A stretch of DNA of 60,123 nt, counting the filler. It is 4 parts of 4 records of this genome, joined end to end, with 100 filler letters (N's around TTAATTAATTAA, not from the genome) between each part and the next. Parts side by side here need not be neighbours in the genome. Positions count along the whole stretch, not along the records: positions 51,284 to 60,123 come from SRR22947725_2965; 3 more parts are not named here. The stretch is one strand, 5' to 3'. Each line of letters opens with the position of its first letter. Position 1 is the first letter of the stretch. The position numbers and the translations under genes are program-made. This document shows positions 51,184-60,123 of the stretch, in pieces. The notes beneath the pieces were generated by a model that saw nothing but the letters and a program-made list of their open reading frames with translations, was not told where the DNA came from and searched no databases.

Positions 51184-51283
51184 NNNNNNNNNNNNNNNNN
51201 NNNNNNNNNNNNNNNNNNNNNNNNNNNTTAATTAATTAANNNNNNNNNNNNNNNNNNNNNNNNNNNNNNNNNNNNNNNNNNNN
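51184..51283. other. Artificial contig spacer
   Basis: N44-TTAATTAATTAA-N44. Confidence 0.99.
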
Positions 51284-53107
51284 CAATTCATCAGGCGAAA
51301 CCGCCTTTTGATGGGAAAAATCAAACCGCAGCCGGTTAGGGCTGACAAGCGAGCCCTTTTGCGCCACATGATCGCCGAGCACAAGCCGAAGCGATTCATG
51401 AAGAAGATGCGTTGCCGAATGATTGGCGCGAAGCCGCAAACGGCGCGATACGTCAATCTGCAATCGAACCTCTTGCCCCTTGGCAAGCGTGCCAGAGATA
51501 TTTTCGACATGATGGATAAACAAGCCTGACGGGGTTTTCTGGGTATCGGTGACGCAGGCGGTGCCATTGTCCCAGCTAATCGTGCCAATATCACCAACCT
51601 GACCACCCGATTCGCCATAAAACGGGGTTTGATTGACAATCATCCGCCCTTTGCCAGCTGTGCCAATTTCTTCAATTTCGGCATTACCATCAACAAGCGC
51701 GGTAACAATGGCTTCGGCTGAGTCTGACGTGTAGCCCAAAAATTCTGTCGGTTCTAGATTTTGCGCCAGATCAAGCCAGATGGTTTCAGTGGCGCTGTCG
51801 CCCGATCCGCTCCATGCACGGCGGGCATTGGCCTTTTGTGCATCCATTGCGGCGTTAAAGCCATCAAGATCAACCTGCCAGCCATAACCCCGCATGAAAT
51901 CTTGGGTCAGATCAAGCGGAAAGCCAAAAGTATCATAAAGCTTAAAGGCGGTTGTGCCATCAAGCGTGCCACCGGCGGCTTTACCTGCCAGCTCGTCATT
52001 CAAAATGCGAAGGCCGCGACCAAGCGTTTCTTTAAAACGGGTTTCTTCCAGCTTCAGCGTTTCGGTAATCAGAGATTGCGCACGGCCTAACTCACCATAT
52101 TGCGCGCCCATTTCGGCAACAAGGGCTGGCACAAGCCGGTACATGGTCGGCTCAGCGCACCCCATTTGGTGAATATGGCGCATCGCACGCCGCATAATCC
52201 GGCGCAAAACATAGCCGCGCCCCTCATTTGACGGCAAAACACCATCGGCAATCAAAAAGGATGACGCCCGCAAATGATCTGCCACAACCCGATGCGATAT
52301 ATTATGGCTTCCATCGGCATCAGTATCTGAAACATCTGCCGACGCCTCAATCAATGCCCGCATAAGGTCAATGTCATAATTATCATGCTTGCCCTGAAGT
52401 ACCGCCGCGATACGTTCTAGCCCCATGCCTGTATCAATTGACGGCTTTGGCAAAGCGATACGTTTACCCGGCGTCTGCTCAAATTGCATAAACACCAGAT
52501 TCCAGATTTCGATAAAGCGATCACCATCTTCATCAGGTGAGCCTGGCGGACCGCCCGGGATATGGTCGCCATGATCATAGAATATTTCCGAACAAGGCCC
52601 ACAAGGACCGGTATCGCCCATCGCCCAGAAATTGTCGGATGTGGCAATGCGGATGATTCGGTCATCTGTCAGACCGGCGATTTTAGTCCACAGATTGGCC
52701 GCTTCATCATCTTCATGGTAGACCGTGACAAGCAGTTTTGACGCATCAAGCCCATATTCCTTGGTGATCAAATTCCAAGCCAATTCAATGGCATTTTCCT
52801 TAAAATAATCACCAAAGGAGAAATTACCAAGCATTTCAAAAAATGTATGGTGACGCGCCGTGTAGCCGACATTTTCCAGATCATTATGCTTGCCACCAGC
52901 ACGAACACATTTCTGCGCTGTTGTTGCCCGGACATAATCGCGGGTTTCGGCACCGGTAAACAGATTTTTAAATTGCACCATGCCCGAATTGGCAAACATC
53001 AAGGTTGGATCATTCTGAGGCACAAGCGGGCTTGATGCGACAATTTCATGCCCGTTTTTGCCAAAATAATTCAGAAAAGTGGCGCGGATATCATTCACAC
53101 TCGACAT
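51284..53107 (-). CDS. alaS: Alanine--tRNA ligase, 3'-truncated by contig end
   Basis: [48 protein letters not shown]. Confidence 0.98.
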
Positions 53108-53432
53108 AAGACTGCCCCCAGCACAGCGTTTGGCTTGTCACATTTGGTTTGCGGCGGCCCTGCCATCACGGCAAGCAGTCATTTATGGCGCCGCACAACG
53201 CCCAATCAATAGCGGTTATTATCTACCCGCCACAAGGGGTGTCTGTCTAGATTAACTTGATGCAAGCTTGACGCTTTTTAGCAAAGACGGCGATGGCGGC
53301 AAAAGCCCTAATTCGGGCAATCTCATCACAAAGACAAATGGCCAGCTCCAAACCGGAACTGACCATTTCACACAATTAACGATTTGACCAAGCCTATCCC
53401 CATAAAGTTGATGGGTTATCGGCGATAAAACC

Positions 53433-54548
53433 TTATTTTGGCATTGTCGGTGTATCGGGCAAATCAGGCGTGTCTGGCACTTGTGCTTCTTCGCTTGACG
53501 CGATTGATGTATCAAGCATCTGATCACCAACAAGACCGGCATTTTGCCGAATGGCCGCTTCGATTTCGGCTGCCAGTTCGGTATGTTCTCGAAGGAACGT
53601 TTTGGCATTCTCGCGACCTTGGCCAATGCGCTGTCCCTTGTAGGAAATCCAAGCCCCAGATTTATCAACAATTCCAGCAGCGACGCCAAGATCGACCAAT
53701 TCGCCCATTTTGGAAATGCCTTCGCCATACATAATGTCAAATTCGATGGTGCGGAACGGCGCGGCAACCTTGTTTTTCACCACTTTAACGCGGGTTTGGT
53801 TACCAACAACCTCATCACGATCTTTAATCGCACCAATCCGGCGAATATCCAACCTGACCGAAGCATAGAATTTCAGCGCATTACCGCCTGTGGTGGTTTC
53901 CGGATTGCCAAACATCACACCAATTTTCAAACGGATCTGGTTGATGAAAATTACCAAGCAATTCGAACGCGCAATTGACGAAGTGAGTTTGCGAAGTGCC
54001 TGGCTCATCAAACGTGCATGAAGCCCGACATGATGATCGCCCATTTCGCCTTCAAGTTCGGCACGCGGCACCAAGGCGGCGACCGAGTCAACAACAAGAA
54101 CATCAACCGCACCTGAACGAACCAGCGTATCGGTAATTTCCAGCGCCTGTTCACCAGCGTCAGGCTGCGAGATCAACAAATCATCAATATTGACGCCAAG
54201 CTTGCGTGCATAAGACGGGTCAAGCGCGTGTTCAGCGTCAACAAAGGCACAAGTGCCACCTTCTTTTTGCGCCTCGGCAACAGCATGAAGTGCCAGCGTT
54301 GTTTTGCCTGATGATTCTGGGCCGTAGATTTCAATAATCCGGCCTTTCGGAAAACCACCAATGCCAAGGCCAATATCAAGCCCAAGCGATCCGGTTGAAA
54401 TTGACTGAACATCGACCGCAGATTCGCGTTGGCCGAGTTTCATCACCGACCCCTTGCCAAACGCCTTTTCAATCTGGCCAATGGCCGCTTCAAGCGCCTT
54501 GTTCTTGTCGTCACTTTTCATTTTCATATCCACTACAACCCCAGCCAT
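53433..54548 (-). CDS. recA: Recombinase RecA
   Basis: [42 protein letters not shown]. Confidence 0.99.
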   Translation of the reverse strand: MAGVVVDMKMKSDDKNKALEAAIGQIEKAFGKGSVMKLGQRESAVDVQSISTGSLGLDIGLGIGGFPKGRIIEIYGPESSGKTTLALHAVAEAQKEGGTCAFVDAEHALDPSYARKLGVNIDDLLISQPDAGEQALEITDTLVRSGAVDVLVVDSVAALVPRAELEGEMGDHHVGLHARLMSQALRKLTSSIARSNCLVIFINQIRLKIGVMFGNPETTTGGNALKFYASVRLDIRRIGAIKDRDEVVGNQTRVKVVKNKVAAPFRTIEFDIMYGEGISKMGELVDLGVAAGIVDKSGAWISYKGQRIGQGRENAKTFLREHTELAAEIEAAIRQNAGLVGDQMLDTSIASSEEAQVPDTPDLPDTPTMPK

Positions 54549-54583
54549 TTATGCCTCCTTAGTTGCACAACCACCGCCCCCCT

Positions 54584-54629
54584 GTCCATTCACTTTATAG
54601 TCCATGCACTTTATATTCATGCATTTATA
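54584..54629. repeat. Tandem 16-bp direct repeat (about 3 copies) in the recA leader
   Basis: GTCCATTCACTTTATA, GTCCATGCACTTTATA, TTCATGCATTTATA. Confidence 0.8.
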
Positions 54630-54760
54630 TTGATGCTCATAATCACGCCAATTGCGGCTAATGAATTTGAGCCTTTACACTTTGGCGTGACGAAACGCCT
54701 GAAATGCCGGACTGAGGCTTTTAAAAATTTGCACCATATCTGGTAACGAAACCCTATTCT

Positions 54761-54805
54761 GTACTTGTTTTGTTCTAATTGCAAGGCAATTTTCACCTTT
54801 TGTTC
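54761..54805 (-). promoter_or_regulatory. Two alphaproteobacterial LexA (SOS) boxes at the recA promoter
   Basis: Minus strand GAAC-AAAAGGT-GAAA and GAAC-AAAACAA-GTAC flank a TTGCAA -35-like element; fits the GAAC-N7-GAAC/GTAC consensus. Confidence 0.82.
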
Positions 54806-54888
54806 TATTTTATCCGTTTTCCAAAAGAAACGCCCATACCATTTCAAGATACGGGCGTAGGGTCGGTTTCAAAATTTTGACAAATGCC

Positions 54889-55425
54889 CTAATCGTCGCG
54901 ATGGACACGTTCCATGCGTTCATGGCGTTCTTGCGCATGAAGACTTAGCGAGGCAATGGGCCGCGCTTCGAGGCGGCGAAGATTGATTGGCTCGTCAGTT
55001 TCAACGCAATAGCCATAGCTGCCATCATCAATGCGGCGCAGGGCCGCTTCTATTTTCTGCAATAATTTGCGTTCACGGTCGCGGGTTCTAAGGTCAAGCG
55101 CAGCGTTGCTTTCAATTTGCGCGCGATCCATATGGTCTGGCTGATGCAGATTTTCCTGCGACAGGCCGGTAATGGTGCCGCTGGCATCATCCAATAATTC
55201 GGCTTTCCAGGATTCCAGCTTTTTCTGGAAATATAAAAGCTGAAGCGGATTCATGAAATCTTCATCTTCGCTTGGCCGGTAATCATCGGGAAGCATATTT
55301 TGGGCAATCGACCCAGCGCCAGCTTTTGTATTTGGTGCCAATTTGGCGCCATTTGTTGTTGTCGCCTTGCCATTTTTTGGCATGGCAATCTCTGCTGTCC
55401 CGGAATTCAGCTTCTTGTTCTTCAT
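54889..55425 (-). CDS. dksA: RNA polymerase-binding protein DksA
   Basis: YRPSEDEDFMN, D..DRA, RTRDRERKL, GYC.E..EPI..RRLEARP. Confidence 0.94.
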   Translation of the reverse strand: MKNKKLNSGTAEIAMPKNGKATTTNGAKLAPNTKAGAGSIAQNMLPDDYRPSEDEDFMNPLQLLYFQKKLESWKAELLDDASGTITGLSQENLHQPDHMDRAQIESNAALDLRTRDRERKLLQKIEAALRRIDDGSYGYCVETDEPINLRRLEARPIASLSLHAQERHERMERVHRDD

Positions 55426-55570
55426 TTCATCACCTTCGCAATCAAATTGAAGTTGGCTACCAAAATGGTGCCCCTAAAAAGAGGGCTGTGAGTTACACCG
55501 ATTCAACCTGAACTGCAAGGGGATTTTGGCCAAAAGGACCTATCTGAATTCGCCTAACCATGAAAAAACA

Positions 55571-55585
55571 TTATTAAAAAGTTAA
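55571..55585. promoter_or_regulatory. Possible CtrA box
   Basis: TTAT-N7-TTAA (one mismatch to TTAA-N7-TTAA) with TAACCAT and TTAACCGT half-sites nearby, upstream of the ctrA-like gene; region is AT-rich. Confidence 0.4.
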
Positions 55586-55752
55586 TCACGCATATGTGAT
55601 TTGTTATCACTCTCTTACCCGCCTACCCTTTTGATGGCCGCAATTAAGCGCGATATTTTGAGGGTTTTTTGATGTGTGGCAATGGTTCGGTTTCGTTCGC
55701 GCAAGAGAAAATGAAATGACCTATTAACCGTTTAAAAGAGAGAGTTTTCAAA

Positions 55753-56457
55753 ATAAATGTACTCATAGTTGAAGATGATCCAAATGTTGCAGATGTTCTT
55801 GGCAAGACATTAGAAGAAGCTGGGCATTTCAAAACGACGGCAAACACCATCGAAACGGCCCTATCTGAGTTAAAGCATAATCGAATCGATGAAATTCTGC
55901 TCGATCTGAACCTGTCTGATGGCGATGGCACACGACTAGCGCGGCTTGTTTGCAAAAATCACATCCTTGTCCCGATATTGGTTATTTTCGGCAACGGCAG
56001 CATTGATGAGAAAATCACCGCACTTGGCGCCGGCGCCGATGGTTATTTGACCAAACCATTTGACCGATATGAATTGATGGCAAATCTCGATGCCATCATG
56101 CGGCGGACACATAGTCACGGTTCTGCAACGATTTCGGTCGGCAATCTAGTTGTTGATCTAAGCCGCAATTACGCCAAGGCTGGTGGAACGCGACTTGAGC
56201 TAACCGCCGAAGAATTTCAGATCATTGAGTTTTTGGCGCTGCGAAAAGGCGCTGTTCTTAGCAAAAATGCATTTTTGAACCATCTTTATGGTTGCATTGA
56301 TGAACCGGACCCAAGAATCATCGACGTGTTTATATGCAAGCTGCGGCACAAACTTGTTGAAAATGGCGCCGAGGGCCTAAGCGTTGATACGGTTTGGGGG
56401 CGAGGTTACATCCTTCGCGAAACGCGCGATTATCAAATGCTTGAAAAAGCAGGCTAG
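55753..56457 (+). CDS. ctrA: CtrA-like OmpR-family response regulator with ATA start, possibly decaying
   Basis: Frame open from (I)NVLIVEDD through LLDLNL, KPF and FLNHLYG..DEP...IIDVFICKLR.KL...TVWGRGY. No ATG/GTG/TTG between the upstream stop (55717) and 55978. Confidence 0.75.
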   Translation: MNVLIVEDDPNVADVLGKTLEEAGHFKTTANTIETALSELKHNRIDEILLDLNLSDGDGTRLARLVCKNHILVPILVIFGNGSIDEKITALGAGADGYLTKPFDRYELMANLDAIMRRTHSHGSATISVGNLVVDLSRNYAKAGGTRLELTAEEFQIIEFLALRKGAVLSKNAFLNHLYGCIDEPDPRIIDVFICKLRHKLVENGAEGLSVDTVWGRGYILRETRDYQMLEKAG

Positions 56458-56694
56458 CCGTCGCCCCTTTTTTGTTGAGGCTGTGCCTGCCCCTCCAATT
56501 CATCTCCCGTTTGAACGGGTTTAGCGCACAGCCTCACAGTTACCCACCAGCTTAGCGATCTCTTAAAACGAGATTAACCCTCCTATGCTGCCTCTATTTG
56601 CAATTGGTGCGGCTTGGGGTTTTTTGTGTCAAATGGGCTTGCCAGCCGCCACCCAATCATGGCAGGAAAGCCTCGGTGCTTTTGAGCGCTTTTC

Positions 56695-56898
56695 GTGAAA
56701 AAACCCATAGGATATCCGCAGTTGCTTTATTTCAGCCTTGGTGATTTTGTGATCCATCCGGATCGGCCCGATTGGGGCATTGGTCAGGTTCAATCTATCG
56801 TTGGGATGAATGTAACAGTTAATTTCGAACATGCGGGTAAACAGATGATTAATTGCAACATTATTGCTTTGAACGCTGCACCGCGCCCGACCAAATAA
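56695..56898 (+). CDS. DUF3553 family small protein
   Basis: HPDRPDWGIGQVQS...VTVNFEHAGK. Confidence 0.82.
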   Translation: MKKPIGYPQLLYFSLGDFVIHPDRPDWGIGQVQSIVGMNVTVNFEHAGKQMINCNIIALNAAPRPTK

Positions 56899-57078
56899 AT
56901 ATCTAGTTGTCGCCCTCTGCTGCATAATACCAATCCATCTTTTGGCAGGACCCAATGTCGCATGGTATGATATGCGATAATGCTGTAATAAATCGCTTCA
57001 AGTTTTATATGGATTTTTCTGGCCATTGATTGTAGCAACCGCATCGCCGAATGCACGCGCGCCGCAGGAGATATATTC

Positions 57079-58299
57079 GTGGATTATCGCGAAGTTTTGA
57101 AAAGCAAGCTAAACCAGCTAAAAGGCGAAAGCCGCTACCGGACCTTTATTGAGCTGGAGCGTCAAACCGGCTGGCATCCGCATGCGCTGTGGAACAGCCC
57201 TAACGGGCCAAAAGATGTCGTTATCTGGTGTTCAAACGATTATCTTGGCATGGGGCAGAACTCGGATGTCGTCAAAGCATTGACCAGTGCCATTGATGTT
57301 CATGGTACTGGCGCTGGCGGCACCCGCAATATTTCCGGCACCAGCGCCGCCATTGTTGCGCTTGAGAGCGAACTTGCCGATCTTCATGGCAAGGAACGTG
57401 CCCTTGTGCTGACAAGCGGCTATGTTGCCAATGAAGCCAGCATCAGTGCCATTGCCGGTTTATTCGATAATGTGCTGACTCTATCCGACGCGATGAATCA
57501 TGCCTCAATCATCTCCGGCATTCGCGATGCGCGCTGTGACAAGGAAATTTTCCGCCATAATGATTTGGCACATCTTGAAGAATTGCTTGCTGCCCAGCCA
57601 ATTGACCGGCCAAAGCTGATTATTTTTGAGTCGGTCTATTCGATGGATGGAGACACTGGCCCGATTGTTGAAATTGTCGAACTTGCCGAAAAATATAATG
57701 CGCTGACCTATCTTGATGAAGTTCATGCGGTTGGTATGTATGGCAATGAAGGCGGGGGCATTGCGCAAATGCGCGGTGTTCAAGATCGCGTTGATATCAT
57801 CCAAGGCACTCTTGGAAAGGCCTTTGGCGTTGTGGGCGGCTATATTGCAGCTGATGATGTGATTTGCGATGCGGTTCGCAGCTTTGGATCAGGTTTTATT
57901 TTCACCACTGCCCTGCCACCAGCCTTGGCCAGCGGGGCATTGGCTTCGGTTCAGCATTTGCGCCGCAACTCGCATGAGCGTTTGGCACAGCAGCGTCAGG
58001 CCAACAAATTGAAAGCAAAATTGCACGAAGTTGGTTTGCCCATTCTGGAAGGCGACACGCATATCATTCCAGTCATGGTCAAAGACGCGGCAAAATGCAG
58101 CCAGATCTGTCAGATTCTGTTAAATGATTTCGGCATTTATGTGCAGCCGATTAATTATCCGACCGTACCGGTGGGTACCGAACGGTTAAGACTTACCCCA
58201 GGCCCGCTGCATACCGATGCGATGATTGATCATCTTGTGGACTCACTGCAAAAGGCATTTGCCATCGCAGGCGATACCGATGCCCAGCAAACTGGTTAA
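57079..58299 (+). CDS. hemA: 5-aminolevulinate synthase
   Basis: [47 protein letters not shown]. Confidence 0.97.
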   Translation: MDYREVLKSKLNQLKGESRYRTFIELERQTGWHPHALWNSPNGPKDVVIWCSNDYLGMGQNSDVVKALTSAIDVHGTGAGGTRNISGTSAAIVALESELADLHGKERALVLTSGYVANEASISAIAGLFDNVLTLSDAMNHASIISGIRDARCDKEIFRHNDLAHLEELLAAQPIDRPKLIIFESVYSMDGDTGPIVEIVELAEKYNALTYLDEVHAVGMYGNEGGGIAQMRGVQDRVDIIQGTLGKAFGVVGGYIAADDVICDAVRSFGSGFIFTTALPPALASGALASVQHLRRNSHERLAQQRQANKLKAKLHEVGLPILEGDTHIIPVMVKDAAKCSQICQILLNDFGIYVQPINYPTVPVGTERLRLTPGPLHTDAMIDHLVDSLQKAFAIAGDTDAQQTG

Positions 58300-58366
58300 G
58301 CAAACTGGCCCAACCGAGCCGGCTCAAGCAAATTGGCCCAAGCAACTTAGCCCAACAAAATGGGTT
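58285..58366. repeat. Degenerate 14-bp tandem repeat (about 6 units)
   Basis: AAGCAAACTGGCCC, AACCGAGCCGGCTC, AAGCAAATTGGCCC, AAGCAACTTAGCCC plus two flanking partial units. Confidence 0.7.
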
Positions 58367-58560
58367 AGTCCACCCATTGCCCTCAGCGGTTTTTGCGAAA
58401 AAACCAATGTGCATTATTGGCAAGGCTGGATTTCGCCACCCCTAGCCCCTACATTAGAGGCAGTCAGGCGTTTTTGCCTAGTTTTGATGTTATGGTCGCT
58501 GTTCGGTGAACAGCGCTCTGGCTTTTTTAGTGCCTTTGCGGCTGTTGATGGAACGTGATT

Positions 58561-59670
58561 ATGCCAATTACCCCTACCCCTTCCGATCACCCTCATTTCC
58601 CCGGCCGCGGCAAAACCGGCCTGCTTTTGGTCAATCTTGGCACGCCCGATGGCACCGACACGCCATCAATGCGGCGCTATCTAAAGCAGTTTTTATCCGA
58701 CCGCCGCGTGATCGAGGTGCCGCGCCTGTTGTGGTGGCTGATTCTGAACGGCATTATTTTGAATATCCGTCCCCGCAAATCAGGTGATGCTTATGCACGG
58801 ATTTGGCTGAAAGATGATCCAGATGGATCACCGCTTCGCCGCATCACCCGCCTTCAGGCCGAACATGTCGCCAACAGCTTTCAAAGTGATGAACTGATCA
58901 CTGACTACGCCATGCGTTATGGCAAGCCGTCAATTCAATCGCAAATGCAAAAGCTGCAAAATGCCGGATGCAGCCAAATTCTGGTGATGCCGCTTTATCC
59001 GCAATATGCCGCATCAACGACCGCAACGGTCAATGACGAAGTGTTTAAATGGGCGCTTGATCTGCGATGGCAACCGGCCATTCGTACCGCACCGCCATGG
59101 CATGACCACCCTGTCTATATCAAGGCTTTGGCAGATTCGGTTCGGCAATCGGTCAAGAAAAACGGCATGCCTGATGATCTGGTGATTTCATTTCACGGCA
59201 TTCCCAAAAGCTATTTCGTGGCGGGTGATCCCTATCATTGCCAATGTTTGAAAACAGCCCGCCTTCTTCGTGAAGAGCTTGATTGGGACAAAGATCATTT
59301 TCACGCGACCTTCCAATCACGGTTTGGGTCGGAACCTTGGCTTCAGCCCTATACCGACAAAAGCGTTGTGGCACTCGCCGAAAATGGATCGAAACATGTT
59401 GCCATCATGGCACCCGGTTTTGTTGCTGATTGTCTGGAAACATTGGACGAGTTGGATATCGAACTGCATGAAGAATTTTTGGAACATGGCGGCGAAACAT
59501 TTAGCTACATCCCTTGTTTGAATGACAGTCCGGCTGGCATGCGGGTGATTGAGCAAATCGCCACTGAAAATCTGGCCGGTTGGGTCGATACACCGAAAAG
59601 AGGTACGGTGAAAAAACCAGCTGCAAAAAAACCAGCTGCGAAAAAAGCCGTTGCAAAAATGCGCCGCTAA
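58561..59670 (+). CDS. hemH: Ferrochelatase
   Basis: NLGTP, YLKQFLSDRRV, AMRYG, PLYPQY, SFHG, FQSRFG, DCLETL.E. Confidence 0.97.
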   Translation: MPITPTPSDHPHFPGRGKTGLLLVNLGTPDGTDTPSMRRYLKQFLSDRRVIEVPRLLWWLILNGIILNIRPRKSGDAYARIWLKDDPDGSPLRRITRLQAEHVANSFQSDELITDYAMRYGKPSIQSQMQKLQNAGCSQILVMPLYPQYAASTTATVNDEVFKWALDLRWQPAIRTAPPWHDHPVYIKALADSVRQSVKKNGMPDDLVISFHGIPKSYFVAGDPYHCQCLKTARLLREELDWDKDHFHATFQSRFGSEPWLQPYTDKSVVALAENGSKHVAIMAPGFVADCLETLDELDIELHEEFLEHGGETFSYIPCLNDSPAGMRVIEQIATENLAGWVDTPKRGTVKKPAAKKPAAKKAVAKMRR

Positions 59671-60086
59671 GTCAAAATCCCGTCAGGCTTGAATATGTCG
59701 CGTTTGCTGCTGGCGCAAAAACGGTGTTTTGTCGATATTCATCGCCAGCCATTAGCCTGAGCCAGATTTAAATTGTCGTGTGATCACCATCATCGCGTTG
59801 CGGTTTTCAGAAAACAAAATCCTGTTCATTGTTTTTTCATGCAAGTAATTGCAAAGTAGCACAGCAAAGCCTTTTCATTCTGAATCAAGGATGCTATACC
59901 ATCATTCTAGAGCGGGAGTCGCTAACACACGGCTTCATATATCGGATGTAACAGGCATTTTTGAAACCCTCAAACTGGCTGTCATCTGGTGGTAAATTGG
60001 TTGGAATAAGCATCCAAATTACCACCATTTGATGTTTAATTTGAGGTATATTTCGTTACCTTTCAGATAGTTAAGAGCGCTCGCAT

Positions 60087-60123
60087 GCGGCGTTTGTGTA
60101 GTGGTAAGACCTTAGCCTTCCAA
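60087..60123 (+). tRNA. tRNA-Gly(TCC), 5' fragment
   Basis: GCGGCGTTTGTGTAGTGGTAAGACCTTAGCCTTCCAA with anticodon loop CTTCCAA; truncated by the window end. Confidence 0.82.

Noticed and set aside
53252-53978. Long alternate-frame and antisense ORFs over recA (and similar ones over nadB, alaS, der, recN)
   Set aside because: Shadow ORFs of conserved genes with no recognisable motifs.
58285-58366. Mini CRISPR array
   Set aside because: Units are 14 nt, directly tandem with no spacers, and no cas genes are present.

Overview
This window is not one genome. It is four unrelated contigs joined by three 100-nt artificial spacers (N44-TTAATTAATTAA-N44 at 6351-6450, 35341-35440 and 51184-51283). Taxonomy below is inferred from gene content and protein style only. 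(1) 1-6350, probably a marine gammaproteobacterium: 5'-truncated isocitrate/isopropylmalate dehydrogenase-family gene, PaaI thioesterase, Omp85-type barrel and TonB-dependent receptor. The whole contig is bounded by a perfect 30-bp terminal inverted repeat. (2) 6451-35340, probably Verrucomicrobiota: nfeD, a flavin-dependent halogenase overlapping a RaSEA-like radical SAM gene, a decayed GNAT, rnc, sulfite oxidase-family enzyme plus cupredoxin, sigma54-amt-glnK, mog, an unannotated MotA/ExbB-like + ExbD/MotB-like membrane pair ending in a trypsin-like pseudo-protease, cls, an ECF sigma operon, nadB, panC, ispD, ctpA, tsaD and the end of argG. (3) 35441-51183, a streamlined Microbacteriaceae-like actinobacterium: 23S end, 5S, the conserved tlyA-nadK-recN-pyrG-xerD-parA-scpAB-rluB-aroH-tyrA-cmk-der block, DUF368 and the start of tRNA-Pro. 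(4) 51284-60123, an alphaproteobacterium (SAR116-like): alaS, recA with SOS boxes, dksA, a ctrA-like gene with an ATA start and signs of decay, DUF3553, hemA, hemH and the start of tRNA-Gly. The best candidates for undescribed systems are the ion-motor-like pair at 18257-21456 and the radical SAM/halogenase pair at 7445-9996. No CRISPR array, transposase or phage gene was found.
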